Assembly (NCBI GenBank): GCA_963693365.1
Contig: CAVNZM010000002.1
Coordinates: 4,976,259-5,040,258 of the forward strand
Direction: 5' to 3'
DNA length: 64,000 bases
From: Amoebidium appalachense
Lineage: Eukaryota > Protista > Ichthyosporea
Below the pieces are notes generated by a model. The model saw only the letters and a list, made by a program, of their open reading frames with translations, did not search any database and was not told the DNA's origin. Below are positions 1-18,146 of this stretch, one piece after another; within the stretch, counting starts at the first letter, position 1, and the number at the start of each line of letters is the position of its first letter. Position numbers and translations under genes: made by a program.

Positions 1-559
1 GCAACGACAAACCCTCTGCGACACAGCCCTCCTCCCCATTCTCCTCGACCATTTTAGCCAAACTCTTCTGAATGATTGAACGCTAGAATATGCCAACGAA
101 AAAAATAAAACGAGGAAATGGTAACTGATTTCTACTGAAATATTAAATTTACCTACATGGTTGCCCACTTCGAGTAACAACCATCAATGAAACACGCCCG
201 ACTCAATGACTGAGGAGTCGACGCGAGTCACGCAACAAACAACCAAGGAACCGTGGTCACGGAACTCCAGGCTTTGCATCGCTCTGCCGCGCTCGCGTCT
301 AAACCGAACAACCAATCGTCTTTCAGTGCCGCACAAAGATAGCCATATATGGTGCAAACAAACCGTTGTCAGAGTAGACAAAGCGCCATCGCCTCTCAAG
401 TTCCTTTGCTCTCACTGTCTCCACTCTGTCTAGCTTCTTCTTTTGTGCTCTAGTATGCAGTCCAGTTACGATATCCTTACTTACACCCTGTAGACGTCCC
501 TTCCTTTCTAAGCACTATCTCCTCCTGTTTATAAGGGATAGCTTCCGCTTTTCGCAAAC

Positions 560-2939
560 ATGCTGTCCTTCCTCCTCTTTCTTTTCATCCTGTGGCTTCT
601 CTGGCCAACAGGTCTTCAAGTGGATATGATGTGGCAGGGGATAGTGCTTGAAGTGTTGACACGTATGATAGGTGGATGTGTTGTGATATTTGAGCAGATA
701 ACGGGGAAGCCAAGCGCGAAGATTAGCAGGGACTTGTTCAGTGCAATGACAGGAGGGAAAAAGGCAGTGAACGACCCGAACATGGAGGTGGGTGCCACAA
801 TTCACCAGCAAAGTTAGAAGCACACACACCTGTGTTTATATGTGCATAATCCCTTCGGCATTCGTTTATGTGGACATAAATTGGTTGTTTGCTCGTTTTC
901 TGAGAAGATTCTATTCTATTCGATTTTTCATCGACTGTGCCTTATGGGGCCATTTCCTCCTTGTTTGGCCCCCCATTTTCGTTAGTTCTTTTCTGTGATT
1001 CTTGCTGATCTTGTTCTACTCTATCCCAGCCCGTCTGCCTCGCTTTTTTTTTTCCTTCGAACATTCCCTCAATCGTGTCCCCTTTATTCCTTCCCACCCA
1101 TTTCCATTCCTCCTTTCTTCCTGTTTACCGTTCACTTTTTTGCACGTGTGCACCCGTACACAACGCTTTCCATGCCTGCAACGCACACCAATAGACGGGA
1201 AGGTCAAAAGGGTGTGTCATTTAGATTTTTGTCTCCCTGCTGCCTCCTTCTCGATATTTCCAAGCCGGAAATGCATACCTCCCCCCCCCAACCCCCCTTC
1301 TGCCCACCCATCCAGCGGTCTTGAAGGTCAAGCCCCCCCCTCCCCCCCCCCCCCCCCCCCCTGACCCCCCCCCCCCCCCACACACACACACACACAAACA
1401 CGTGCAGCATCCCACCCCCTCCCCCCCTTCGCTCTCCCCCTCTCATTCGTTACAAAATCCAAGTGAAGCATCAACCCATCTTTTAAAACACATGTGCTTA
1501 ACACTAGCCTGTACTCCCCTCTTCCTCCCCTCCCCCCCTTCCTCCCCCCCTCCAACCTCCTCCTCCCCCCTCCCCCTCCCCCCCCATTCCAACCTCCTCC
1601 TCCCTTCCCCCCTCTCCCCTTCCCCCTTCCAACCCCCTTTCCTCCCCCCTCCTTCCCCACCCTTCTTTTCTGAGGACACAGGATGGCCCTGTTCAGGTGT
1701 CTTCTGCCTGCACGTCCTTTTTTCCCCTTCACTCTCTTCTTTTTTAATAAATATTTATTTGAAGTTTGGTTTCAAAATATTTCAGTTTTGTGACGCTTTG
1801 TGTTTTGTTTTTTGGTGTCTTCTCTATTTTCAACGCCCTAATTCATAAAACCCCCTACCCCTCTCCCCCCTCTCTTCCTCCTCCCCCCCCCCCCCCGTGC
1901 AGTGTGTTGCCCATCGTGAATGTGTACCTCGTACTTTGTGTTGTTCGGAGTGAGGCAGTGTTCTTCATAATCTGTAGCGCATTCTATTCCTCCCCCCTCC
2001 TCTCCCCCCCTCCCCCCTGCCCCCCCTAACTCCTCCCATCCCCTTCTTCTCGTTTCAAGTTGGAGCAGAAAACACAAAAAAATAAATCTTAACAATTAAA
2101 AAACCATTTACTGACCAATCAATGCTCTGCAGACAACAGACACGACTCTTACCGCCGACAATGTTCCCTTGAGAATTTACCGACACAAGCCCGACCAATC
2201 AGCGGCCTCCGTTAAATCTAGGCCCGGGGGGGTTGTGTTTATCCACGGCGGCGGGTGGTGTAGGGGGAATATTCAGTCGCACGACGCATATTGCCGTCTT
2301 CTTGCCAAATTAAGTGGTTTCACGGTTGTCTCCGTTGAGTATTCTCTGAGCCCCGAGGCGAAATTCCCTGTCGCACTGAACGAGTGCTACGGGGTCACCA
2401 AGTATATCTCCACCCACCCCGACGAATTTGGGATAGACAATACGAAAATTGTGGTGGCCGGAGATAGCGCAGGCGGAAATTTGACCGCTGGTGTATGTCT
2501 CAAAGCACGCGAGGAGCCATGGGGTGGCCCGGCTATCCGCGGGCAAATCCTGATATATCCGGCATTGGACAATGATTTTTTCAACCAATCATACGTCAAA
2601 TATGCCCGTGTTGGGCCCCTCTACCGTGAACGCGCCATGGCTCTGATATCTGGATATATCTCGAAAACTGAAGACTTAAAAAACCCATATCTCCTTCCTA
2701 TGAGCGCAAAAACTCTATCGGGGCTCCCTGAGGCATATGTCTTGGTGGCCGAACATGACATTCTGCGGGATGAAGGCCTGAATTATGCTCGCAGATTGCA
2801 AAAGGAGGGGGTCCAAGCAACAACGGCGATTATAAAAAAGGGGTTCCATGCATGTGCGACGATCGTTTCGGGCCCTCTTGCACCGAAAGAGTCGATCGAG
2901 GCGGTGGGGAATGTGGCCAAGTGGCTGCAGACGTTGTAG
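560..2939 (+). CDS. HSL-family (alpha/beta hydrolase_3, arylacetamide deacetylase-like) esterase with N-terminal membrane anchor; exons 560-787 and 2133-2939
   Basis: HGGG oxyanion motif (FIHGGGW), nucleophile GDSAGG, acid in AEHDIL, His in GFHA. Exon 1 (MLSFLLFLFILWLLWP...NME) ends at GAG|GTGGGT (788). Branch-like CTGAC at 2111 and TGCAG| acceptor at 2132 join in frame (phase 0) to TTDTTLTADNVPLRIY. Confidence 0.9.
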
Positions 2940-4014
2940 GGACTTTAGATTTTAGCTCCTGCTTTGATTTCAATGTTAAATCTAGTGCATGGGGTAGCAC
3001 ATTACAGGTATAGAGCTCAAGGTGTGGCCGAGTCTACCGACCGGAACACAAAGTCAACGGCAGTAACTCTTTTTTTGTTGTTGTTGTTGTTGCCATCATG
3101 CAATTGTTCTTTGGTAGTTGGCCCATCATAAGGCTATTTGTACATATCTCCCAGGCCTGATCTAATTGGCTGTGGGGTAAATGCTGTAACCATAATTGGA
3201 AGGTATAAAAATTTCTCTCTCGTGAGATTGTTGAAGAGACGGTCAGGCTGGTGAACCGTGAGTGACTGGAATATGGTACCGGCACAATTGTAAGCGCACA
3301 ACAATTGGACATAGTGATGAGACTCAAATATATGAGTATGCTGAAAAAACGGGCCACTAAAATGGGAATATTGTTTGTTGTGATCCGTATATATATTTGT
3401 TTTAAAAAAAAAAAGTGGCAGATCAAGTACAAATCAGGATGTTATGAACTCTCGTACGGTGGTTGATTATATTTGGCTCTGTTACCGCTGATGATATCTG
3501 TTGTCGGGGAACACAGCATTCCCCCCCCCCCCCCCCCCCCCCCCCCTCCCACCCCCCCTCCCCGCGCCTCCTCACCACCACCACCACCACACATGTACAC
3601 TTACATACACACACCTTCCGGAACCCCCCACCTCCCGGAATCACCACCACCTCCATACACGCACCCACACACTCTTTCTCAGTCCCTGTCTCCGGCTTTC
3701 TCACAGTTCGAAGTGCGCACACACAGTCACGCTCGCGCGCGCGCGTTAACATGCCGCGCACGCGCGCGCGCACACACACACACACACACATGCACAAACA
3801 CACCACCGTACGCGTGTGTCCATGCGCATATTACGTGCTCATACACCTACTGCCTCCCATTCACACGCGCATTACTCACCATTCACACATGAGGACACAC
3901 ACATACATACTTGCGACTCTGCTGGCACGCAAGCACACACGACATTCATATTTGCACAATAACCCACCATACACACACTCGCGCGTGCCCTCACGCACAC
4001 ACACATGTATTGTC

Positions 4015-4050
<36 letters not shown>

Positions 4051-4829
4051 GGACATTTCAGAGATCTCAACAAAACATGGGGTTAGTCGTGAGCGTGCCT
4101 GACATACATCCTTCATTGATAACGGCGTTTATTTAGATCGGGGCACCAGACAGGGCTAAGAGATAGTCGCTGAGATAGCTCCACCAGATACCCAACGAGA
4201 TATACCAAACACGAATTTCAATTGTAACGCGCAGGATTTCTAAACCTTCAATGGCATGTATCAAAACGGCTACGGGGGGTCAACAATCACTAAATTGTTA
4301 GCCAAGAAAGAGTAAGAGCATAGAAAATATCTTACTTTTTGATATTCGGCAAATAGTATAAAGCAGTGGTATTGGGATAACATGTAAATGCCAGCAACCG
4401 AACAGAAACCGAAAAATTCTATTAACATTTTCTACATCGGTCTAATAGCATCACCGAAGTTAGAGCTACGGTTAGAGAACACTTAGTACGGCAGTGTAAA
4501 GCCGCCCAAGCAATAACACCCCCCAGGCACGGAATATTCGGGAAGAAGGGTAGTGTTCCGCATATTCCTTCTAGCAAGCCATAACCAATAAGCTACGCCC
4601 CTTTAACATTAACATCCACACATAATCTATATAATTGCAAAGCCACGAACCTGTATTAAGATGACGTGTTCCACATCCGATTATTGCATGTTATACATTC
4701 AAAATTTTAAAACTTAACGAGTGAAACAATGCACAACTTTCCCACCACCCAAATAAGGAACACGTGATCGAGAACACGCCATCGTGCACGGTGGGTTTCC
4801 ATTTATGGTATTTCCGCTCCAGATCTAGA

Positions 4830-5028
4830 TCAGCTCAACAGGTATCGGGCACGGAGGGACATTTCATCATCCTCATTGGTCGATTCATCATCCTGGTCGT
4901 CGTTGATTGGTTCATGATCATCTGCCTGCATGCCATCCTCGTCTCTCATTGGTTCCTCAGTCTGCATGCCAAAGGGATTCAACGGTGTGACTTCATTTTC
5001 ATTATTGCCGTGGTGGTGGCAATAATCC

Positions 5029-5063
<35 letters not shown>

Positions 5064-5141
5064 AAAAAAAAAAAAAAAAAAGCCATCACGGCTTTTTATT
5101 CTTGGTTGGTTTCACAATGATCCGGTATATTGAGACCCGTT

Positions 5142-5183
<42 letters not shown>

Positions 5184-5241
5184 TGAATACGGAACACGGT
5201 ACGAAGTACGCATACACGACGAGAAGCATGGTGCAGGACAC

Positions 5242-5274
<33 letters not shown>

Positions 5275-5924
5275 TTGAATGCGTCAAAAAGTACGAAGTA
5301 CACAAGAACAAACGGATAACACGATGCAGAATGCAAGCCATACATAAAGAGTATGCATAATAAGCAGAGCCCATCCTCAGGGGGGGGGGGGGGGGGGAGC
5401 TGTTTTGGGCAAGGGATGGTGGGATGGTGGTGTACACACACACACACACCACAAGAACACACACAAACACAGAAAAAGCGCGGGCCCATCAGACACGGGC
5501 ACACACACACACACGGGCACACACACACACACGCACACACGCACACACACACACACGGGCACACACACACACGCGCACACACGCACACATGTGCCTGTGC
5601 GCGCGCGCGTGTGTACACGTGTGTGTGTGTGTGTGTGTGTGTACAATAACACACGTCCAAGGCATGCCGAACGATATGAACAAAAAACTCAAAACTCAAA
5701 AATGCCAAGGGTAAACACCCTTCATGCCTTCAGCATTCCCCTCGTGTTCTGCATCACGTCCAAGCAAAACGAACATGTCCCGTCGCATTTTCTCCTTCCC
5801 TTTCCACACTTATCCCAGTTTTTACCCCATGGTGTTGATATCTTTTGTGGGTTTGGCTGTAATTTGGCACCACCCCCTCCGTTGTTACATTCACTCCTTT
5901 CTACACCCAACCACCCCCTCCCCC

Positions 5925-5955
<31 letters not shown>

Positions 5956-6035
5956 TTGCCTCCCCCCCTCACCCCCCCCTCCTCCCCCTCAAACCACCAC
6001 CACCACACACATACATACACATACACACACGTGTG

Positions 6036-6130
<95 letters not shown>

Positions 6131-7888
6131 TACATAAACGCATGCACACACGTCCAACGCATACCGGACGAAATGAGCAGAGAATGCAAAAAGCAAAATG
6201 CAAAGGGTAAACACCCTGCCTACCTGTGGCATTAAGCTCGGGTTCGGCTTCACGTCAGAACAAAATGAACATGTCCCGTCGCATTTTCTCCTCCCCTGTC
6301 GACATTTGTCGCACTTTTCACCCCATGGTGTTCTCTTTCGTTTTGGCTGCAATTTGGTGCCACCCTCTCCGTTAATAGATTTCTCCTTCCAACTTCCCCT
6401 CCCCCCCCCGTCCTCCCCACCCTTCCTCTTCCTCTCTTCCCCTCCCCTCCCCCCCCTTCTTCTCCGCCCACGAAGCCAAGGTGTCGCGTCTCAGGTGCAA
6501 TTAATGACTTGACCCTCCCCCCCCCCCCCCCACCCCCCCACCCGGCCCTGCCCCCCTCCTGAGGATGGGTTCTGCGCATGTTACATACCATGTGTTTAGG
6601 ATATTGCATACTTGATGTGTGGTATGCCCTCTGCATCGTGTTTTCCGTCATGAATCATGCACTTCGGTACTCTGTAACACCTTCAACAGCCACCCGGGGG
6701 AGGGGGGAGGTGGGGGTGGGGGGTGGGTGGGGGGGGTGAAGTTGTTATCTACCTCAGGTTCTTGAGTTGGCACGTGTTTTGCACAGCGTGGATATGTGCC
6801 ATCACACCTCTTCTTGCAGCGAACGCAAAAGTCACACCGTTTGAACGTGATGCGTGATGGTGGCTTGGCCTTTGTCGGGGATGGGGGTGACTCGGATGAC
6901 TCGGATGACTCGGGTGACTCCGGGAAAGAACGGAGAGGGAGAGACGAGATGGGGGGTAGAAAGAGATGTGGCTATTTAATTTTTAATTTTTGTTTGATTA
7001 TTTATTTATTTATTATGGGGGGGGGTTCGTAGAGGGAAGCGGAAGGGGGGGGGAGGGGGGGGGGGGGGGGGTGAAGAGAAGGGTGGGCGTTAGAATGTGG
7101 TGCACAGCATGGATGGAGTACGGGTGAGGAAAAGAAGAAAAAGAAAAACGATATGCATGCATCGACGCAAAGTCTACATCGGGATTAGTATTGAACTACA
7201 AAGACAAGGGGGGGGGGGGGGGGGGGGTCACACACACAGAGAGAGAGAGAGGGGAGGGGGAGGGAGAGGGGGAGAGGGTAGGGAGGGAGGGAGGGAGGGA
7301 GGGAGAGACAGGGAGATGGGGGGGGGGGGGGGGGGAAGAGAGAGAGAGAGAGAGGAAAGAGAGAGAGAGAGAGAGAGAGAGATGGAGGGGAGGAGATGAG
7401 AAAAACGAGCTAGAGGGGCAAAGCGCGAGCGAGGGCGGGAGAAGCTGGTATAGGGAGAGAGAGTGAGGGACGGAGAGAGCAAGTGAGAAAGCAAGAGGGA
7501 GGGAGCCCAAAAGAAGGAGGGAGGGAGGAAGGGGGGGACACACACAGAGAGAGAGAGAGGGGGGGCGGGGGGAGGGGGGGGGAGGGAGAGGGAGGGAGGG
7601 AGGGAGGGAGGGAGGGAGGGAGGGAGAGAGAGAGAGGGAGGGGGGTGGGGGGGGGGGGAGAGAGAGAGGGGGAGAGAGAGAGAGAGAGGGACGGGAGGAG
7701 ATAGAGAAAAAGGAGCTAGATGGGCAAAGCGCGAGCGAGGGGGGGAGAAGCTGGTGTAGGGAGAGAAAGTGAGGGACGGAGAGAGCAAGTGAGAAAGGAA
7801 GAGGGAGGGAGCCCGAAAGGAGGGAGGGAGGGAGGAAGAGGGGGGGGGGGGGTAGAGAGAGGGGGAGAGACGGAGGGAGGGAAAGGGG

Positions 7889-7926
<38 letters not shown>

Positions 7927-8616
7927 GGGGCAAGAAAATGAATGAAAAGAATAAACCAACACATGACAATAGACATCAAATGAAAACGACTAGCAACAAA
8001 CGGGGGAGGGGGGGAAGGGTATATGCACTTGCGGCTTGAAATTATAACGGTGGAGACATCAAACGACAAAACGTACAAGTGCGTTCAACACGTACGAAAC
8101 CAGAAACAAAAACAAACTAAAAGAGAGAGAGAGAGAGAGAAATAAGAGAAGCAAAAAGGTGGGGGGGGGGGGGGTAGGGGGGGGGGGTAATCACCTGGTG
8201 TGTAACTTCGGTTTTTTTCGGAGGTATCTTAGCGGGCATCTTCGCAGGCGTCTTATTGGGCATCTTATTGCGCACCTTAGGGGGTGCTTGTTTTGCCTTT
8301 GCACACCTCGGGAATGTGCCATCACATCTCTTCTTGGATCGACGACAAACATCACACGGGTGGTGTGTGCGCACCTGCTTTGTCTCGTGCTTTTTCCTCT
8401 CGAGGGGAGGGGGAGATGGGGCAGGAGGGGCAGGTTGGGCGGGTACGAGATAGTACCAGACTGGTTGGGTGGTGGCGGGGAGATGTGGAAGCTCAGGGGG
8501 TGGAAGGGGGTGGAAGGGATGGGAGGGCTGGGGGGGCTGGAGGGGCTTGAGGGGCTGGGGGGGCTGGGAGGGTTGAGGGGGCTGGGGCGGTTGAGGCGGC
8601 TGGGGGGGCTGTGTAC

Positions 8617-8647
<31 letters not shown>

Positions 8648-8648
8648 T

Positions 8649-8705
<57 letters not shown>

Positions 8706-8732
8706 CATGTGTGTGTGTATGTGTGCTTTTTT

Positions 8733-8788
<56 letters not shown>

Positions 8789-8919
8789 GGGCTGGGTTAG
8801 AATGTGGGAGAGAGTATGAAATGACAATTTCCACAGCCGATAACCTTTGCAGACATCCACAGAAAAAACAGAGAAAGAGAACGTACTATTACTGTGGGTA
8901 GAGGCCAATTTTACCCACG

Positions 8920-8953
<34 letters not shown>

Positions 8954-9393
8954 GTAATCCAAAGTGCCGGTTTGGACACTGTGGTGGTGATGGTGCAAGT
9001 GCGTGTTTGTGTTGATTGGGAAGGAAAGCAAAAGACAACACACAAAAAACGCACAAAGCAAGAGAATCGGCTAAGATGTGGTGGTGGTGGGTTGGGGGGG
9101 GAAGGGGGGGGGCTGGAGAAAGGGTCTGAGAGTGCAGGTGTATGAGTTGATGGGTGTGGGTATGGGACGGTGTGTCCATGGATAGATTGGAAATTCTCAG
9201 TTTCGGTTTAACAGTTGGTATTTACCAGTATATGTGCATATAGCAGATGCTGCAACCCCCGAAGAGAGGCAGAGAGCAAGGGGGGGGGGGGGGGGGGGGG
9301 GGGGGGATGCATTAGGGGGTGTGGCAAGGGAAGAGACAATGAATAGGAATGATGGGGTGCAGAAAAGCAGACAGAAAAAGCCGAAAAAACAAA

Positions 9394-9457
<64 letters not shown>

Positions 9458-10040
9458 GAGAGAGAGAGAGAGAGAGAGGGAGGGGGGGGGGGGGGGGAGG
9501 GAGGGAGGGAGCAAAGCATTATAGAAATCCCACTAATCGAAATTCGATCCTTTGCACTCATCCGCGAGACGACACAGAAGAGAGAGTGTGTGTGTATGTG
9601 TGTGCACGTGCGCGTGTATGTGTGTGCGCATGTATGTATGTGCGCGTGTATGTGTGTGCGCGTGAGCACACGTGTGTGTTCTTGCATGTGATTGTGCGTG
9701 CGTATGGTGTCGTGCGTGTGTGCTTTTCTGCACGTATGTGTAAGTGTCCATGTGATGTGTCTGTCTTTCTGTTTGCTCGAAATTCTTTACGGGGGAAGCT
9801 CCCCGGGGGGGAGGGGAGGGGAGGGGGAGGGGGGGGGGGAGGGGGGGGGGGAGGGGGGGCCGGGGGGGGAGGGGGGGGGGGAGGGGGGGGAGGAAGGAGG
9901 TTGCCACAATATCATCGGTTGGGACAGGATCCAGCTTCCAGTCAGGGTGTCTCCCTTTGAGGCAGGTGGCGTGCTTGCCGTCACATTTCTTCTTTCGCCT
10001 CGAACACATGGGGCACGCTGGTGGACGAACAGCAACTACA
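4830..10040 (-). CDS. Multi-exon protein with four CxxC-x6-C motifs resembling the first half of the fungal Zn2Cys6 cluster, and an acidic C-terminus; exon model incomplete, 5' end unknown
   Basis: Exonic islands: ~10035-9905 ACPMCSRRKKKCDGKHATCLK; ~8400-8195 PCDVCRRSKKRCDGTFPRCAK ending CAG|GTGATT; ~6930-6752 RCDFCVRCKKRCDGTYPRCAK ending GAG|GTAGAT; ~6370-6224 KCDKCRQGRRKCDGTCSFC ending CAG|GTAGGC; ~5005-4830 acidic MQTEEPMRDEDG...LLS*. Confidence 0.55.
5275..5380. repeat. Dispersed intronic repeat family A, bounded by G tracts
   Basis: TTGAATGCG..GTACGAAGTACAC..GCATAATAAGCAGAGCCCATCCTCAG. Near-identical at 42595-42700; diverged at 5182-5245, 47846-47980, 56477-56575, 44038-44150, 61260-61350; inverted at ~6558-6680. 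Confidence 0.8.
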
Positions 10041-10370
10041 GGTGAGTTGCCGTGTGGTTGGGTGGGGGGAGGGGGGGGAGGGGGAGGGGAGAGGGGGGAG
10101 GGGGGAGGGGGGCAAGGGGGAGGGGCAGGGGGAAGGGTGGGGGTGGGGGGGAAAGGGAAAAGAGGAGGGAAGAGGGATGGGGGGATAAGCAAAGCAAAGC
10201 AGATCCAAACTCAAAAGATGATGTCACAAAGCAAAAAGTGTGCGAATCAAGGGAAAGTCCAAGAGGAAGTCTGAAATGAGCCCGTCTTCCTGGGGTTTCT
10301 CTTGCCTCCGCGATAAAACATGAATTGGGGCTCTCTTGCTCGTGCCCAAGTGCTTGTATGTGTGTGTATG

Positions 10371-10446
<76 letters not shown>

Positions 10447-10496
10447 ATGTCTGTTTTAAGTGTGTCTGTTTCTGTGTGAAAGTGTGGTGTGTGTCT

Positions 10497-10544
<48 letters not shown>

Positions 10545-10736
10545 ATGGAAGATCTTTGAAAATAAGGGACAGGGAGAGGGGAGTTTGACGGAGGGTTCGA
10601 GGTGAGTGTGGATAATTCGGATGTTGTGTGACTAAAACGTGCCTGCAAGTGCATTCTGAATTAAGAATGTGTCGGGCTAATCTTTGCACGGACACTGAAG
10701 GAAAAGAAGAGGGAAAAGGAAGGAGATGGCGGTGGT

Positions 10737-10767
<31 letters not shown>

Positions 10768-11835
10768 GGGGGGGGGGGGGGGGAAGGGGGGTGACTGGCT
10801 GCGTGTTTCGATTTTTGTGGTTTTCTGCATGTGGGCACGGAATTTGGTTTGTGTTTGATTGACCTAGGTCGTGAAGGAGTGTGGAGATGCGGGACAAGTA
10901 CCTCCCAGCTCTACTTTCTCTTTTTGACTTGCTTTTCCATGTCTACCTCGGGGTTTTTCTTTTTGCGCTAAATAGACCCCAGGGTAGCTGTAGTAGGGGA
11001 CAGGGGTTGTGAGGTTAAAGGGTGTACCCCACCTGTTTTCAACCCTGTAGCCATGTTGTTTTCTTTCTTTCCTCTCTGGGATTTCCCTGCTTCTATACTC
11101 TTCTCTTCTAATATGTGCGTAGCCTATTTTGATCTTGGGTGCTATATGCTCCTTAGGTACTATTGCACATCCACACAACCATTCACTCGAGCTCTCTGCT
11201 TGTAAAAAGTAGGAGTAGTCGGCCTGTGTGTTTCAATTACGGCCTAGGTGTGACCCGTTACGCAGCTATTTACTTCCAAAGGTTGCAAGTGGAGTTAAAA
11301 GCTAAGCATGTGAGAGGAGTACTTGGGCGCTAGTGGGAATAACTCATGCATGTTTTAACGCTTCTGAGTATCATAGTTTTCGGATGCGGAGCTGTCAACC
11401 GTGGATTGACGGTTATAACGGACGCGCGGTAAATCATTCTAGTAGCTATAGGGGCTAATAATTACATAGCTGGAGGAAAAACGGAGGGGCCACCAATAAA
11501 ATGTGCATGGTTTTACATGTGTGTGACTGTGTGTGCGCTTTGGTCACATTTACAGTGTATGGCGTGTGCGTGCGGACGAAGGCGCGTGCGGCGCGTGGGT
11601 GTGTACGTACGAACAGAACGGCACAGTACTAGTGGCAGCGCTGGTGTGCGTGTGTTTGTGGGTATGGTATGGCATACATATGCATGTGTATACATGTGTG
11701 TGACATAACGTGTACGTACTTCACTGTGGCATGCACATGTGCGCTGTGCACGTGGAGGGGAGAGATGGCCCGGGCCGGGCCCGGGAAGGGGAGGGGAGGT
11801 GGACCCGGGGTGGGTGGGTGGGCGGGCCCCAGAGG

Positions 11836-11900
<65 letters not shown>

Positions 11901-12570
11901 ATAACAATAGATAAACATGGGCACGGCAAAAATGAAATCAAAGTTTACAAAATATTCAACAACTATTTGTACACCGTCGACATGTGGCATTTCTCGACCG
12001 CGTGCACCTTATATGGCAAATGCCTAAAAGGGAAACATGGCCATAATTAGGCAAAATAGGGGGGGGGGGGGGGGGGGGACCCTTGCTCACGCGGAACTGG
12101 TCGGGGCAGATTAATAAAAAACAAAAACCCCGCAGCAAGCATACACGTCACAACTCAAGAAGTTGTACGATACTTGTTTTTGAAACATGATAGGTGAACC
12201 AGATATATTGCGTGCCGTATACGTACTGGCAGACTGTCCTTTGGTGACTCGTTATGCTGCCAGCTTAATATGGATATCGATGGCTGGATAGGGGACTAAA
12301 TTTCAAATTATACTATACAATATCATGCATATATGGTTATTTACAATCTATGATAAGTTGGCCCCGTTCAAGCAACATGAATCTATGATACCTACACAAA
12401 ACAAAGCTATTTTGTGCCAGGGCTGACCACTTAAAGTGCACCTATGATGATCACCCACACGGGCATCCAACCTAAGGCCGCTTATGTAGAATACCGTTTG
12501 TTAAAGCACCCCACATATCCAATGATGGTACATAAAGGGTCTTTCCAGCCACCTTCTCATTGGTCAAAGA

Positions 12571-17755
<5,185 letters not shown>

Positions 17756-17903
17756 GGTTATGCTTTCGATTTGTTGGTCGAGAAATAAATTTTAAAGCGC
17801 TGTGCCTATTGGTTGGCTAGATGCACCGCATGCGGCAGCTGACATGCTTATGGAAGTGTTGCACATGTCACTGTGTTGTATTTGGGCATCAGTCGCGCGT
17901 GGT

Positions 17904-18046
<143 letters not shown>

Positions 18047-18075
18047 AGTGTGTGCGTCAGCACGTATGTATGTGA

Positions 18076-18146
<71 letters not shown>

